A stretch of 64,000 nt of DNA from Negaprion brevirostris (GCA_030324005.1 JARDVH010000121.1:7416242-7480241), one strand, 5' to 3'. Positions 13,089-26,264 are shown, counted from the stretch's first letter. Numbers and translations: made by a program. Notes: generated by a model not told the origin, from the letters alone.

Positions 13089-13911
13089 TGTTTTATGACC
13101 GATTAAATTGGATACCCTAAATTAAATAACTCGCCATATTCAAATCAACGACGTTCAAGCCTCGGGCAAACTTGGTTAACTTCAAATATACAAAGACACA
13201 GAAACATGTCTGGACCTGTCCCATCAATCACCCATCCAAAAAAAAAATGCATTGAGACATAACATGAGATCATCACACCGCATTGTTATGCACCAGCCTA
13301 TCTTATGTACCCAGATAGGACAACACTTTCTTTCATCTGGAGTCCCGACCATTACCTTACTTGGCAACAGGTTATATTTAAGTAACTCCACGGAGATGGA
13401 AACATGAGGTCAGGCCCCTGTGTCCTATCCGTCAGGCGTCAAGAAACCCAATGGTATTGGAACCCCCCCCCTCGAGAACTCATTCATCAGAAGCCAGAAA
13501 AAGTTTCTGGAAAGGAAGGGGGGAAGGGAGGGAGGCAGCGGATAAATGTGCACATCCCGAATTGCCAGTAGGAAGAGTTGGCGAGGGAGATGCCCTTGTC
13601 CATCCGGAAGGCAGATGAGAGAAGGAAAGAAACAAGGAGGGACCACTGGAACTCACCTTCGTGATGACCGGCTAAATGGGCTCAGAGAATCGGTCGTACA
13701 GTTTAGCCAAAACAACTGTACGGGTAGAACACACACGTTTGGAATATCTTGTTATTTTCTTTGTGTAACAGAGGAGTTAATGATATTATGAACAAACGTA
13801 TTGAATATTTATTTGTGCTTGTCCATTGTCCATATTGCAAATAAGGGCACCAGGGTAAACCTTTGAGAAAGTAAAGTGATCATACGTATCTGAGGCGGAA
13901 TAGGCATAAAA
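13089..13911 (+). mobile_element. 5' LTR (~820 bp) of an LTR retroelement
   Basis: Begins TGTTTTATG and ends CATAAAA (terminal inverted repeat); immediately followed by a PBS-like TGGCACCCC and gag-like sequence. Confidence 0.6.
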
Positions 13912-13913
13912 TT

Positions 13914-13931
13914 TGGCACCCCAAACGATCC
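13914..13931 (+). promoter_or_regulatory. Putative primer-binding site (partial match to tRNA-Arg 3' end)
   Basis: TGGCACCCCAAACG two nt after the LTR end; the first 10 nt complement a ...TGGGGTGCCA tRNA end (tRNA identity from recall). Confidence 0.45.
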
Positions 13932-14199
13932 TTCAATAAGGACTGACACTTTGCACCAAGCTGGAACTTTCAACCCAATATTTTCCACGACTCCATCAAG
14001 CCTGAATTCAGAGGGCGAAATCTTCACGTGAAGGACAGTCTTAAGAAAGAGAAGTGCGAATGCTGATTCGACCTTAAAATCGGGCCTTGAAACTCGTGTC
14101 AGAAGCACCATGTGGACAAACTGTGGAATTAGAATTAAGATAGTCAAGGGAGTTTGGGTGAAAGTTACGGGAGGGAATTTGGTGTAAACCGGACCCCTG

Positions 14200-15900
14200 C
14201 CCTGATCCCTTCCTCATAACAACGTAACGAACCCCAAAAAAGAAATTATTATATTCAGTCATGGTGAATGGGACAAAATCCTTAGGACATATTTCACCCA
14301 TAAATGGCCCAAAAGTGTGCAGTACGGTGACGCCCTGAAACAGAACCTGAGAGCCACGAGAATACAATGATCGAGTCAAGCACATAAGGGACCGGGTTTG
14401 AGGACTCCGAAGCTTAGATAGATGATTGCTATCTCCAGTTCTCTGGAAGAGCTCCCTTGTAGAAAAGCGGAGATTACCCCTTTTTACTGAGACAGTGAGG
14501 TACAGGTGATCCAAATAAATCAGTATTGAATGAACAGTACCACGTGCATACTACAATTGAAAACAGAGGTAGGCACATGAGAGGAACGGAACAAGATTAA
14601 CATAATTCAAGTGAGAGACTTTGGGGCTCAATTTGACAAAGCCTACCAAAAGGCACAGCAATGCTATCCGTGAGAGGCCACGCTGCACCAGGCAGAGAAC
14701 GTTAAACGTAAATTCAGCGACCTGAAGTCTGCAGTAAGAGTTTTGCACCAAGCAGGAAAAGAAAGTACTGACCACGCAAAAGACCACTTCAAATGCTCAA
14801 GCAAGATTGAAAACTTAAAATCACAAATAACCATTAGAAGGGATCTTCCGTCTGCGTACGTCGACAAAACAGGGGATAGTGATCCAGGGGCAGTGGGGGG
14901 GAGGGGGGGGTATTTCAGAAGAGGATGTCTGCTATAATGTAACAGTTCGCGTAACGGCGGAGCCCGTTTTTTCCCGCTAATGGAAGCAACGGCAACATCC
15001 ACGCCAGCCCCCATCCCACAAAACCCAGTTTGGGCCCTTTTCCGTCCGCCTGCTCTGATTCCCATCCCGATGGCTCCAGTCACTAAACTAGTTTCCGTAT
15101 CAATGAATCCAGTCACCACCCGATGACAGGATGGATACAGCCAGAATGTGACTGATGTGTCTCCAAACATCATGGCGCAATTCTCAAGCATGCCTAAAAC
15201 GATTGGAGTATTGCAACCATCTCGGAATCCAACTGATCCCTTCGACCAGATCACCCAATTTAGTGTTTTGAACCGCCTAGACGAGGCAGAAGAGGTTACA
15301 TTTGTTCTCTCACATTGAATTCCTGTTACCCATTCCTTTCTACCTGAATGCTGGTTGTGGCAGTGCTTCCTGCGGCAGGCAGGCACTGCCCGTCACGAAG
15401 GCAGCCTTTCTGGCCGCCGTGGGCTACAATAGGATAACACACACACAAAAAAAGGATTGAACACTTGGCAACAAAAGAGGAAGAAGCCCCCTAAGACCTA
15501 CACTAATTGAATATGGAACCGATTTGTTGCGACTGTGGCCAATTCAACCAAGTCCAATTAAAACGCCAACCGCCGATCCACATGGATCCAAACCCTGACA
15601 CCATACGCCACCAAGAGGAATCGCAAAGCCTGTGGGAATTTTGAACCCCATGATACCATAAATATAGAAGCCTGGGCCCTTTGCAAATTAACTGACCAGT
15701 GGGACTAGGAAGACAGACAAACGGAGACCTGCACGTCCATAGAACGCAGAGAAATTAAACTGATCTACCCAGACAGTGCCCTGGTTTAGCGCAAACGAAG
15801 GGGGAGGTGGAATCAGGGAATTAGAAAACTCAGGAATCCCGCCACTATAAATCCCTGCCAATTATCGATATAGAGAACCACAGCTCCGCACTGACCCGCG
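14200..15900 (+). mobile_element. Decayed gag-like ORF of the LTR element, 3'-truncated
   Basis: Plus-strand pieces EWDKILRTYFTHKWP; coiled-coil KFSDLKSAVRVLHQAGKESTDHAKDHFKCSSKIENLKSQI; MNPVTTR*...DPFDQITQFSVLNRLDEAEEVTFVL resemble chondrichthyan LTR-element Gag; many stops; no adjacent pol or 3' LTR. Confidence 0.6.
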
Positions 15901-16399
15901 ATGCATGTGCCAAATGGATAACATGTGCAATACATCATTTGTTACGGCACTGTTGCTATCCTGTGCTGCAGGAAGTAACATTTTCGTTAGAAGATAGACT
16001 AGATGCATAAACAGGCCTTTGACCAATTTCAAGTTGTGGAATACAGATGGTCATAAGATTTATAACCTCCTTCAACGTCATAACTAATTTATGTATAGAG
16101 AATGAAACACTTTCGCTAAATTGTTAGAGGCAAATGAACCGCAGACAATTGCTACTGAAAAGGACAGAACAAGTTCGAAGAGTCATGCAGTTATGTTAAG
16201 TGGACGGGGAAAATAGGGCAACTGATGTTTATTGTGGTAAATTGAAAGTCCGCTGGCCTTTTTTTTTGATCGATGTCTGCAGAGTTCTGCTGTGATTGAC
16301 AGAGATGGCCTTATTTTTTATAATTCAAGTAAAATGTGTCATCCATTCATTTCGTGCAATTAATACAACAAAAGGAAAGATCAAGTAAGGGACTGGTTT

Positions 16400-17572
16400 A
16401 AGAACATAAGAACATAAGAAATAGGAGCAGGAGTCGGCCATCTAGCCCCTCNNNNNNNNNNNNNNNNNNNNNNNNNNNNNNNNNNNNNNNNNNNNNNNNN
16501 NNNNNNNNNNNNNNNNNNNNNNNNNNNNNNNNNNNNNNNNNNNNNNNNNNNNNNNNNNNNNNNNNNNNNNNNNNNNNNNNNNNNNNNNNNNNNNNNNNNN
16601 NNNNNNNNNNNNNNNNNNNNNNNNNNNNNNNNNNNNNNNNNNNNNNNNNNNNNNNNNNNNNNNNNNNNNNNNNNNNNNNNNNNNNNNNNNNNNNNNNNNN
16701 NNNNNNNNNNNNNNNNNNNNNNNNNNNNNNNNNNNNNNNNNNNNNNNNNNNNNNNNNNNNNNNNNNNNNNNNNNNNNNNNNNNNNNNNNNNNNNNNNNNN
16801 NNNNNNNNNNNNNNNNNNNNNNNNNNNNNNNNNNNNNNNNNNNNNNNNNNNNNNNNNNNNNNNNNNNNNNNNNNNNNNNNNNNNNNNNNNNNNNNNNNNN
16901 NNNNNNNNNNNNNNNNNNNNNNNNNNNNNNNNNNNNNNNNNNNNNNNNNNNNNNNNNNNNNNNNNNNNNNNNNNNNNNNNNNNNNNNNNNNNNNNNNNNN
17001 NNNNNNNNNNNNNNNNNNNNNNNNNNNNNNNNNNNNNNNNNNNNNNNNNNNNNNNNNNNNNNNNNNNNNNNNNNNNNNNNNNNNNNNNNNNNNNNNNNNN
17101 NNNNNNNNNNNNNNNNNNNNNNNNNNNNNNNNNNNNNNNNNNNNNNNNNNNNNNNNNNNNNNNNNNNNNNNNNNNNNNNNNNNNNNNNNNNNNNNNNNNN
17201 NNNNNNNNNNNNNNNNNNNNNNNNNNNNNNNNNNNNNNNNNNNNNNNNNNNNNNNNNNNNNNNNNNNNNNNNNNNNNNNNNNNNNNNNNNNNNNNNNNNN
17301 NNNNNNNNNNNNNNNNNNNNNNNNNNNNNNNNNNNNNNNNNNNNNNNNNNNNNNNNNNNNNNNNNNNNNNNNNNNNNNNNNNNNNNNNNNNNNNNNNNNN
17401 NNNNNNNNNNNNNNNNNNNNNNACCGTGCTGCGTCTGCTCTATCAAGCAATTCCCCTCAAGATGCCTCGCTATTTCCTCCTTGATGACGGATTCTAACAG
17501 TTTACCTACAACAGGCGTTAAACTAACTGGCCTATAATTCCCTGCCTTTTGCCTGCCGCCCTTCTTAAACAA
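16400..17572 (-). mobile_element. Young 5'-truncated CR1 LINE (mostly in an N-gap)
   Basis: Tail agaacataagaacataagaaataggagcaggag at 16401; RT segment FKKGGRQKAGNYRPVSLTPVVGKLLESVIKEEI..QHG at 17423-17572. Confidence 0.93.
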
Positions 17573-17939
17573 TCTGCAGTCATGCAGATATTTCCGAGAT
17601 CACAACTCGAATACCTCTCAGAGTTTTGATCTCCTTACTTAGAGAATGAAGAATAGGCAGACTTGTTTTTGTCATTTCTTTGCTGAAATTCATCACTGCA
17701 CTATACAGGTTCTACGATATAAAGTGTCTGGTCAGGCTGAGCTTTTTATTTTCCAGTGGGATTTGAAGAACGCTGTTTGATTTGATTGAATTACATTAAA
17801 TATACAGCACAACCTTTGGAGGGTGTGGAAACATAATCTTTGAATATGTTTGATGGCGAAATCTATTCTTGCTAGCGACAAGCGAAAAAAAAAGATCGGT
17901 AATCTGGTGCACAAGGATACGGAAGCTGAAAAACAAGGC

Positions 17940-18160
17940 GGATCGGCATGAGGCAACACAATGTAACAGGCGCTTCACAGTTTTGACTCAAACCTGGGAG
18001 GCAAACTGTGTGAACTTTGCACGTTCTCCCTCCACATGCATGGGTTTCCTCTACCAATTCATGGATTGGGCAATTTGCCCGGATTGGCAATGCCAAGTTG
18101 CCCGTTAGTGTACTGAGATGTTTAGGGAAGGGGGAATGGCTGGGTCGGTGCAGGAATTTA
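17940..18160 (+). mobile_element. Decayed tRNA SINE
   Basis: actgtgtgaactttgcacgttctccc...catgggtttcctc..tgccaagttgcccgttagtg resembles the SINE core. Confidence 0.55.
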
Positions 18161-18164
18161 CTCA

Positions 18165-18425
18165 TGATTTCATAAATGGTGCAGTGGGCTCTGTTAAGAT
18201 TTTTCACAAAGTATATAGATAGGAAATACACAGTACATGGCAGAACCCTTCAGAATATTGATACGCAAAGTGATCTGGGTGTACAGATACACAGGTCACT
18301 GAAAGTGACAACGCAAGTGGAGAAGATAGTCAAGAAGGTATACAGCATACTTGCCTTCATCGGCCAGGGCACGGAGTTTAAGCATTGGCAAGCTTTGTAG
18401 AACCGTGGTGAGGCCGCACTTGGGA
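18165..18425 (+). mobile_element. CR1 ORF2 C-terminal fragment (sense)
   Basis: KYTVHGRTLQNIDTQSDLGVQIHRSLKVTTQVEKIVKKVYSILAFIGQGTEFK. Confidence 0.85.
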
Positions 18426-18559
18426 TAAAGGGCTTAATTCTGCCCCGCTGACAAGAACACATTGGAACAGCAAACAGAAGTTTTCACTTGGAGCCGGAGA
18501 CAGTATTTCAGTTTAAAGACGGTAGCACGAGTCAGCAAGACGTGTCGTATTGTCGTAGA

Positions 18560-20230
18560 GTCAAACACATATACAGCCTGGAATAAAGACATTGGGCGAA
18601 TTCCCTCGTGCTGACCAGAACTCCTAAACTGAAGTTATTCTATTTGCCTGCATTGCATTCATGTGACTGTCTAAATGTACCATAAATGCACAATTGTACT
18701 CACCTCTACCAGCTCATGTGGCAACTCTATCCTTATGTGTGCCACCCGTCATTCAAGAAATTTGCAACAAGTTCCTTTTAAATCTATTCCCTATCGCTAT
18801 AAAACCATTGATTTGCAATCCCCTAAACTTGGGAGAAAATGACCCTGGCTATCATCCGTTTTGTGCCCATCATGTTTTCATGAACATACATATAGTTACC
18901 CCTCGGTTCACTACTCTCCAGAGACAAAGACATCATATTATACAATCGTCGTCATATATGAAGCCTTCCGGACCCTCTCCAAGTTAATACCACCATCCCC
19001 ATAGCAGAACGACCAGTATTACACACGTTATTCCAAATGTGGCCTCACCAACATCTCGTACATATAAAACATGTCCCAAATCTTGTATGCAATAGTCTGG
19101 CCCCTGAACGCAAGTGTTAAAACACACGACTCACCACGCTGCTAACCCGTGAAGTCACTTTCAAGAAACAATGTATCTGCACCGCTGGGTCTCTCTGTTC
19201 CAAAACATTCCCCCGGGTAAAATCATTGAAACTGTAAGGGTTGCCCTGATTTGTCTTACCAAAGTGCAACAACTCGCATATCTTGTCCCACCAAACTAGT
19301 TGATCAAAATCCCCCTGCAGTCTTAGATAACATGCGTCACTGTTCACTGCAACGCGCAATTTAATATCAATCCGAATCTTACTCATTTTCCTACCGTCTT
19401 GTCATATAAATCGGTTACACAACTGAGGTGCACACTGGAGCCAGCACTTTTCCCTGTGGACCACGCTAATTATAAGTCTCCAGTCCGAAAAGAAAGTGTT
19501 CCTTCACCCTGCGCACGCTTTCGGCAAGTCAATTTTGCACCCAGCTGGTTCGCTATCTGTGAATCCCGTGCGCTAAAAAACGACTGACGTGTCTACCATG
19601 TGTTAGCTTGTCGAAGGCCTTGCTAATGAAGTTAATTTTCACCACACTGGTGTAAACAATTTCTAAATCATCCCTTCAAAACACTTTGGTAAATTTGTAA
19701 TATACGATTTCCCACGAACGAAGCCATACTGGCTGTCAGCCATCACAAATGCATGTACAATTTCATGCAGATCCTGTCCCTCAAAATACCCTCCAAAAAG
19801 ACAATCACCTCTGACGTCTGGCTCACAGGTCAGCACTTTCCTGGCTTTTACCTTGCACTTTTGTGAATAATGCTACAACGTGCGCCTCCCTTCCATCTTC
19901 CGGTATGTCACCCGTGGCTCGAAATGATAGAAATACCGCAGTGAGGGGTGCCATATTTTCCCATCTTCCCACAATGTCCTGAAATACTGGACATTGTTGG
20001 AAGCTAGGGGTTTATCTATGTTTATATATGTGATACATGTGCGTTTATCAATTTCGCTTAGGGAATGTGTCTCAGTTCGTCCTTGTTTTAAGTTCCAACA
20101 TCCCCTTTTCTATAATATGGACGTTTTTCAAAGACTCCGCTCTATACTTCTCCAAGTTCACTAGTTTTAAACATTTTTTCCCATGGTAAATAATGAGGAC
20201 AAGCGTTCACTGAGGAGGTCAAGCATCTGT
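18560..20230 (-). mobile_element. Old CR1 LINE (3' UTR to RT), decayed
   Basis: ORF 19117-19386(-) LRLQGDFDQLVWW..CELLHFGKTNQG..LEQRDPAVQIH; antisense RT motifs further right. Confidence 0.75.
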
Positions 20231-20334
20231 TGTGNNNNNNNNNNNNNNNNNNNNNNNNNNNNNNNNNNNNNNNNNNNNNNNNNNNNNNNNNNNNNNNNNN
20301 NNNNNNNNNNNNNNNNNNNNNNNNNNNNNNNNNN

Positions 20335-20407
<73 letters not shown>
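20335..20407. repeat. (TG)n microsatellite abutting a gap
   Basis: Perfect TG run. Confidence 0.98.
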
Positions 20408-20408
<1 letters not shown>

Positions 20409-20577
20409 CCACTTGCGGTAATAGAAGTTCGCCTCTTCCAAGCTGTCACTTAAACCTGACCGTTCAAGTTGTGCCTGTTAGATGGATTCACCATGCTAAA
20501 TGCAGGTTAGTTTCAGGGTGTCTAGAGGGTGTAATGTTTGAGATTATTTGTTTAGGGCCTCGGTGAACAAATAGCAA

Positions 20578-21560
20578 CGTACAAAGAACAAAGACTATAA
20601 TAGCACAGGAACAGGCAGTTCGACCTTCCAAGCCTGCACCGACATTGGTGCTCGACTTTCGTAAAAATTCCTACCCTTCCAGGGACATTATCCCTCCATT
20701 CCCACCTATCCAAGTATTTTTTCAAGAGTCCTCTTAAAATTCACTATCGTATCTCCGTCCTCTACCTCCTCCATCAGCGAGTTCCAGGCACCCAACACCC
20801 TTCGTGTGAAAAAAAAACATGCCTCTGTACATTTCCTTGAAACTTGCAACTCACACAAAAAAACTATGCCCAGGCTAATTGATTCCTCCCCCCAGGAAAA
20901 CGCTTCGCTCGATTCACAATATCCATTTCCCTCAAAATCGCATAGACCTCCGTCGTCCCAGTGAGAATCAACAATTTTTCTCCAACCTCTCCTCATAACT
21001 AATGTCCTTTGTAGCAGGCAGCATCCTGATATTTTTTTTTATGTACCGTCTCCAAAGACTCCACATCCCTCTGATAGTGTAACGATCAGAATTGAACATT
21101 ATATTTCAAGTACGGCCTAACTGAGTTTCTATCAATTTGCAACATAATTTGCCAGTTTTTTTTTAACTCAATGCTCCAGCCGATGAAAACAACCATCCCG
21201 AATGCCATCTTATCTAACTTATACATCTACACTGCCAATTTCAGTGACCTGTGCACCTGTACACCCTGATACACTTGCCCATTTATAATCTTAAAGGTTT
21301 TGCTATTCACTGTATATTTCCAATCTGTATTCGAACTTCCAAAATGCATTATCTCACATTTGTCCGGATTAAATTCTATCTGCGATATTTTCGCCCAAGT
21401 CTCCAACCGATCTATATCCTGTTGTTTCCTCTGATGGTACACATCGCTGTCTGCAAATTCACCAGCCTCTGTGTCGTCTGCAAACTTACTGATAAAACCG
21501 GTTACATTTTCCTCCAAGTCATTACAAGCAACACAGGTCCCAGCGCAGATCCCTGAGGAA
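20578..21560 (-). mobile_element. CR1 LINE 3' ~1 kb
   Basis: Tail acaaagaacaaag; ORF 21227-21565(-) NDLEENVTGFISKFADDT...QQDIDRLETWAK..FNPDKCEIMHFG. Confidence 0.92.
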
Positions 21561-21829
21561 GTCAATTGTAAAAAATATCAAGCCTCAATTTAAAGTCAAA
21601 CAATTGCATTTGATAGTAAACACACTAGCTTTCGTGGCCTTTCCCTTCGTCAGGTGAGTGGGTGGGATTATCATCGGTTCAGACTCGTTGAGCCGAATGG
21701 CCTCCTTCTGCACTGTACAATGCAATGATTCAATGTATTGCCCCAAAATAAATCAACTGTCTTTATAAATGTATTTTCTTTTAATGTACCCATTGTAAAT
21801 CTTTAGTTATGTGAATAACTCGATCACTG

Positions 21830-22440
21830 GTGTTGTTTCTTCATCATTTATCACTAGCAATGCTGTACAGTTACACCACTGACATGATTTGTAGCCCCAT
21901 GTGCACATAGGTTGATTGCGTCTTCACCTGTGAATGCTCTGTCTGCGAAATCTGCACTTGTTTCGACATTGGCTTCTGCATAACATCCGTCTTATATTCC
22001 AAGCACTATCAGTCCTTCTGTACTATTTTCCGTCATGTCCCTGCTGATTTCTACACGCTTTGCTCATGACAAAATAAAGTTTGCCATTTGAACCTCCTGC
22101 ATCAGAAAGCTCTTTCAATGTTCCTGCTTCTAAAAACTGCTTTCTTGTGTGTGGTCTGTGGACGATTATTTTTCTCATCATGATGAGTGGTTCTTAAACA
22201 CAAATTGGCCATATATCACAGACTTGTGCATTTGCATATCGATGCATAGCTGTAGCAACTGATTCTACTTGGGCGCTGTAGTATCCTATTGGCATTAATC
22301 TGCCTCCGTGTTGTTGAGCCACAACTGCAGTTTGCATTCCCTCATACTCCTGGCCTAAATTGTGAAACTGTTTAGTGAATCTTGGCAAACCAAATGCCCA
22401 ATCCTTCACCATGGCTGATGTTGAATCTTCTTTTTGCTTT
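21830..22440 (-). mobile_element. Retrovirus-like/LTR pol fragment (RT connection / RNase H-like region)
   Basis: ORF 22194-22412(-) AFGLPRFTKQFHNLGQEYEGMQTAVVAQQHGGRLMPIGYYSAQVESVATAM matches the ALGLPD..KPF.L...AVL.Q.HG...PIAYYS..LD.VA consensus of ERV-type pol. Confidence 0.75.
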
Positions 22441-24774
22441 TACCCACAACATGTCACAATGTGCATGCGACCTCTCATTTCATGGATACATGTCAGGATT
22501 TCCCCAGCGCTCCATAATTTTAACACAAATCCTGCAATTGTTAAAAAGCCTCTACAATNNNNNNNNNNNNNNNNNNNNNNNNNNNNNNNNNNNNNNNNNN
22601 NNNNNNNNNNNNNNNNNNNNNNNNNNNNNNNNNNNNNNNNNNNNNNNNNNNNNNNNNNCTATTTATGTGTGCGTTAATTTTAATCTGAACTCGTACAGTG
22701 TGTAATACTTAGGATACCTATTGGTTTTCAGAGTAGTACTGAATTATGGTGAGGTTCATGCGGACACCTGGATTTATGCTAACTGCCAGAGAAGAAAATA
22801 AAACAACAGGCTGTGACAGTTTCCAACTCGTACAGAACATTAACAATTTCTATGTCGTTGTTCCTCTATGAATTTCTGGAAGTTGAAGTCTAGGACCAGC
22901 TAGCAAAATTGAATCTCTCTGCCGAAGTGTGAAAAATTCAGACGTTATTGCACCTTATCCCCACACCTCTCCTTCTGTCGGGAGTCATGCGTTGTGAGGA
23001 TAGCTTAATCTTTATCTCTGGAGTTCCTCTCTTTGTGACGACAGCTCGTTCTCTGAAGAAGACTATGTGACAATCAGAACGCCGATGTCCAGTTATACTT
23101 CTGCCTAGGTGCGTTAAGAGACTAGGGTAGAGGCTAATCGCATAAGTCTGTGTGTTGTCCGAATCGATTGCGTAGAAGTTTATGTCTGCAGAATATCACT
23201 TACCACATCATATTTAAATAATTCATTTCGTTAAAAAAAATGTGCATCTTCCTGTTCTGTTTCAAATGCGTGGTGAAATAGCGATTGTTTCAACAATAAC
23301 TTCCGAAATTGACTGTTGAATTACACGTGGAAAATAACCCGTTATGTTCTTACTATTGTCTAAATCAAGTAAATGTTTGACACTAGTTTAACATAATTAA
23401 ACATCTTAGGACTTCTGATCCGGCGACGAACAGATTGATACACACATAATAGTGACGTGAAAAAATGGGGAAATACTTAATGTTCATAACTCAACAGAGA
23501 AAAATGGAGTTAACAAGGCGGATTGCCCTTTACGCAGAGAAAAGTTTCGTGTTTTTTTTTTAACTTAGTTTCGCTAATATGCTACCTTATCGATTTTTTG
23601 AAAAAAAAACAAACCCAGCGCACACATTTTACTGATTGTACGCAACTGAAGAAGATTCCTGGACATATCTTTTTTACTGTCCATTTTTTTTTTCAGAGTT
23701 AGCATTTAAGCCTCAACATTTAATCGAAACGACTTCCGTTATGTTTCTGAAGTTTAAAGTTGTTTAGGAAGCTTTCCTTGCTGCAGTTATGATCATTGCG
23801 AAATTGTATCATATGGGAGATATCACAGCTATGAAAAGCTGTTCTGCTACGCTGTGAAATGAAACGAACATCTGAACTCAGGCATTAATGTTTAATGTAT
23901 TTACTATTTACCCTGTTTAAATGTTGCCAGTAAGAAAAGCCCAACACAGAATTAAATATATACATATATATATTGCTGATATAAAATTTGTACCTCTGCG
24001 TCGTTCAGTGAGAAGCTGGCAAGTTGTGCCTCCATTTGACTTGAATCAACCTAAAGACTCAAATCAGAAGGTCGTTGTTTGTTTCGGCATGGAGTTATCT
24101 AATTTGTTCAAAAGTAAACTATTTTTAGGCGCACTAACTGAATTGGTTACACAGACATCATTATTGCTAACACATTCCAAGAAAAAAAAGTGTATTCACC
24201 TGATGTTGATTCTGTGAAATGGTATGTCTCCAGCAACAAGTTTTTTGTCAAGCATTGCCAGCAGATTTCCAATCACAGCTATTTCTACGGGGCCAAGGGC
24301 GCAATGAGTCCAAAAAAAAAGTAAAAGCTTAATTTGCATTTTAGACTTTCAACGAGACAGGTAGTTCAAAGCAAATATGTAATTCCAGATTTGTGTTCTA
24401 AAAACAAACTTATTTGGTGTCATAACAGTTTTTTTTTCTAAATAGGAGCATAAGTCAGATTGTTCCGTTTAAATAGTCGCAGAAGTTGTGTGTCCCAAAA
24501 TTGATTCGGGACATTTAATGGATAATAAGCAGTTGAAGAATCAAATTGCACTAACTAATGGGAACTGCAATCAACATGAGGCTCTGCACCACATCCGAAT
24601 AATGACCAGTTAAAAAGTTACACTTTTCAAAATGTGTTGAAATATACAATGTTTGCAGCAAATTAGCGCACAGAAATACATATTACAAACGTGTATCAAG
24701 CCCACGGACTGTCGTGAACGAGCACAATTGTTGTTGGATAGAAAGGCACAATAATGAACATTGGATTTTGAGAA

Positions 24775-25470
24775 TGAAAAACTGGAAGCAGGAGGAGAAT
24801 ATTGGACCCTTCGCGCTGCCCTGTCATTCGTTTTGATTATTTGAAATCACGACGTTTTGGGATGTTGCTCCTCGCTCAGTTGAGGGACTCACCTGAGGAA
24901 GTCGCAGCAACCTGAAAGCACTTGAGTCTAAATAAATCTGCTGGACTCTAATCTGGACCAATAAGATTCTTACTATTCCCATTTTGATGAAGGGTGATCA
25001 TCGAATCCAACATCCTGACACTCGCATTCACTCATGACCCTTGATCACTTCAGACCGAATACCAAACTATGTTATTTCTTCTGAAATCAGGCAAGATTTT
25101 GGCTTCAACCTCCTTCGGTAGCAGTCAATTCCAAAACATTTGCCACCGTCTGGATGAAGACATTTATCATCAACTCACTTCAAAATAGGATACCCCTTAT
25201 CCTCATCTATGACCCCTACTTCTGGACACCCCTACAATTGGCAACATTCTTTCTGAACTTAACCCGCACAACACTGTTAGATTTTTATATGTTTCGATGA
25301 GATCCGCTCTCACTGTTCTAAACTCCAGTGAATATAATCTTAACTGATTAAGGTTCTCCTCATGTGACAGACCTACCATCCCAGTAGTCAGCCTGGTAAA
25401 ACCTTCCTTGTACGCCCTCTGGAGTCAGGACATCCTCCCTCAGATTCGGACACCAAAACTGCACAATGAA
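24775..25470 (-). mobile_element. Decayed CR1 3' fragment
   Basis: ggaagcaggaggagaatattggacccttcg tail and antisense ORF2 end (gatccgctctcactgttctaaactccagtgaatata...caccaaaactgcaca). Confidence 0.7.
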
Positions 25471-26134
25471 CGGCCTCCAGCGGCCCTAGTTTAAAGCTAA
25501 AAATCCCGATTGTCAACGACTATCACACAGCCTGAAAAACGGCATCTGTACAAAATTGCATTTTAACGTTCTTGCGGGATATATATGATTTCAAAAAAAA
25601 AATGCACAGGTCTCTCTTCACAGATACTGACAGGACTGATGGATTTATCCCATATTTTCGTTTGTCTTCTCTTTTTAAAAAAAAACAATTCTCAGTCTTC
25701 CTGTTGCTGAGACACAGAACAACTGATTACCCCTCAAAACAATCAAATTTCCATTTTCACTTCTTTATAGTGGAGGGTTTTTTTTGAAACTTTTGTGGAT
25801 ATCTCATTTCCATCACTACGTGGATGGATTTTCAGATGATTGCTCAAATCATTGTGGATATTTACTTTTCTTCGTGATAGTTTTAAATACATTACATTTA
25901 TACTTTGGATTTTATTGGGCGCACCCTCAAAGGCGTTATGTCCACCAAAGTCGTATGTTACTGTAATTTCTCGGAAGTCGAAAAACAAAGAGATAATGAA
26001 AACATCTTAACCTTACAAAATATTCTGATGAAAAATGCAATACATTCTCAGCAACTTACCAATCAATCGACAAAATTGAATTTTCTGATTTGCTTTTCTA
26101 TCGTTTGTTTGATTGTGATGTTTCCACCACCTAG

Positions 26135-26155
26135 AACTGAAGAAGCGCACTGATG
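26135..26155 (+). CDS. 21-nt heptad micro-exon, type A (ELKKRTD)
   Basis: gatgtttccaccacctag|AACTGAAGAAGCGCACTGATG|gtaagg. Confidence 0.8.
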
Positions 26156-26264
26156 GTAAGGCTGATTTAAACTCAACATTTATTTGCCTGAAATTAATAT
26201 TGCCTTTTTATTGGCAACAAAGATTTCTGCAATGTCAATCTATATTGCTATCTACTGTGTCGTC

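Noticed and set aside
14664-15386. 240-aa minus-strand ORF as a gene
   Set aside because: Antisense shadow of the plus-strand gag relic; no recognisable motif
16398-17572. 350- and 376-aa ORFs
   Set aside because: Almost entirely N-gap; the flanks are CR1 RT and tail
17709-17898. Two small AG..GT segments (22 nt at 17709, 23 nt at 17876)
   Set aside because: Not multiples of 3, no Leu heptad, no paralogues
20142-20566. HTHT/CVCV ORFs (also 12451-12870)
   Set aside because: Translations of (TG)n microsatellites and gaps
25600-25740. ctctcttcacag| acceptor-like motif repeated in several blocks
   Set aside because: Part of a common dispersed shark repeat; no conserved donor or reading frame
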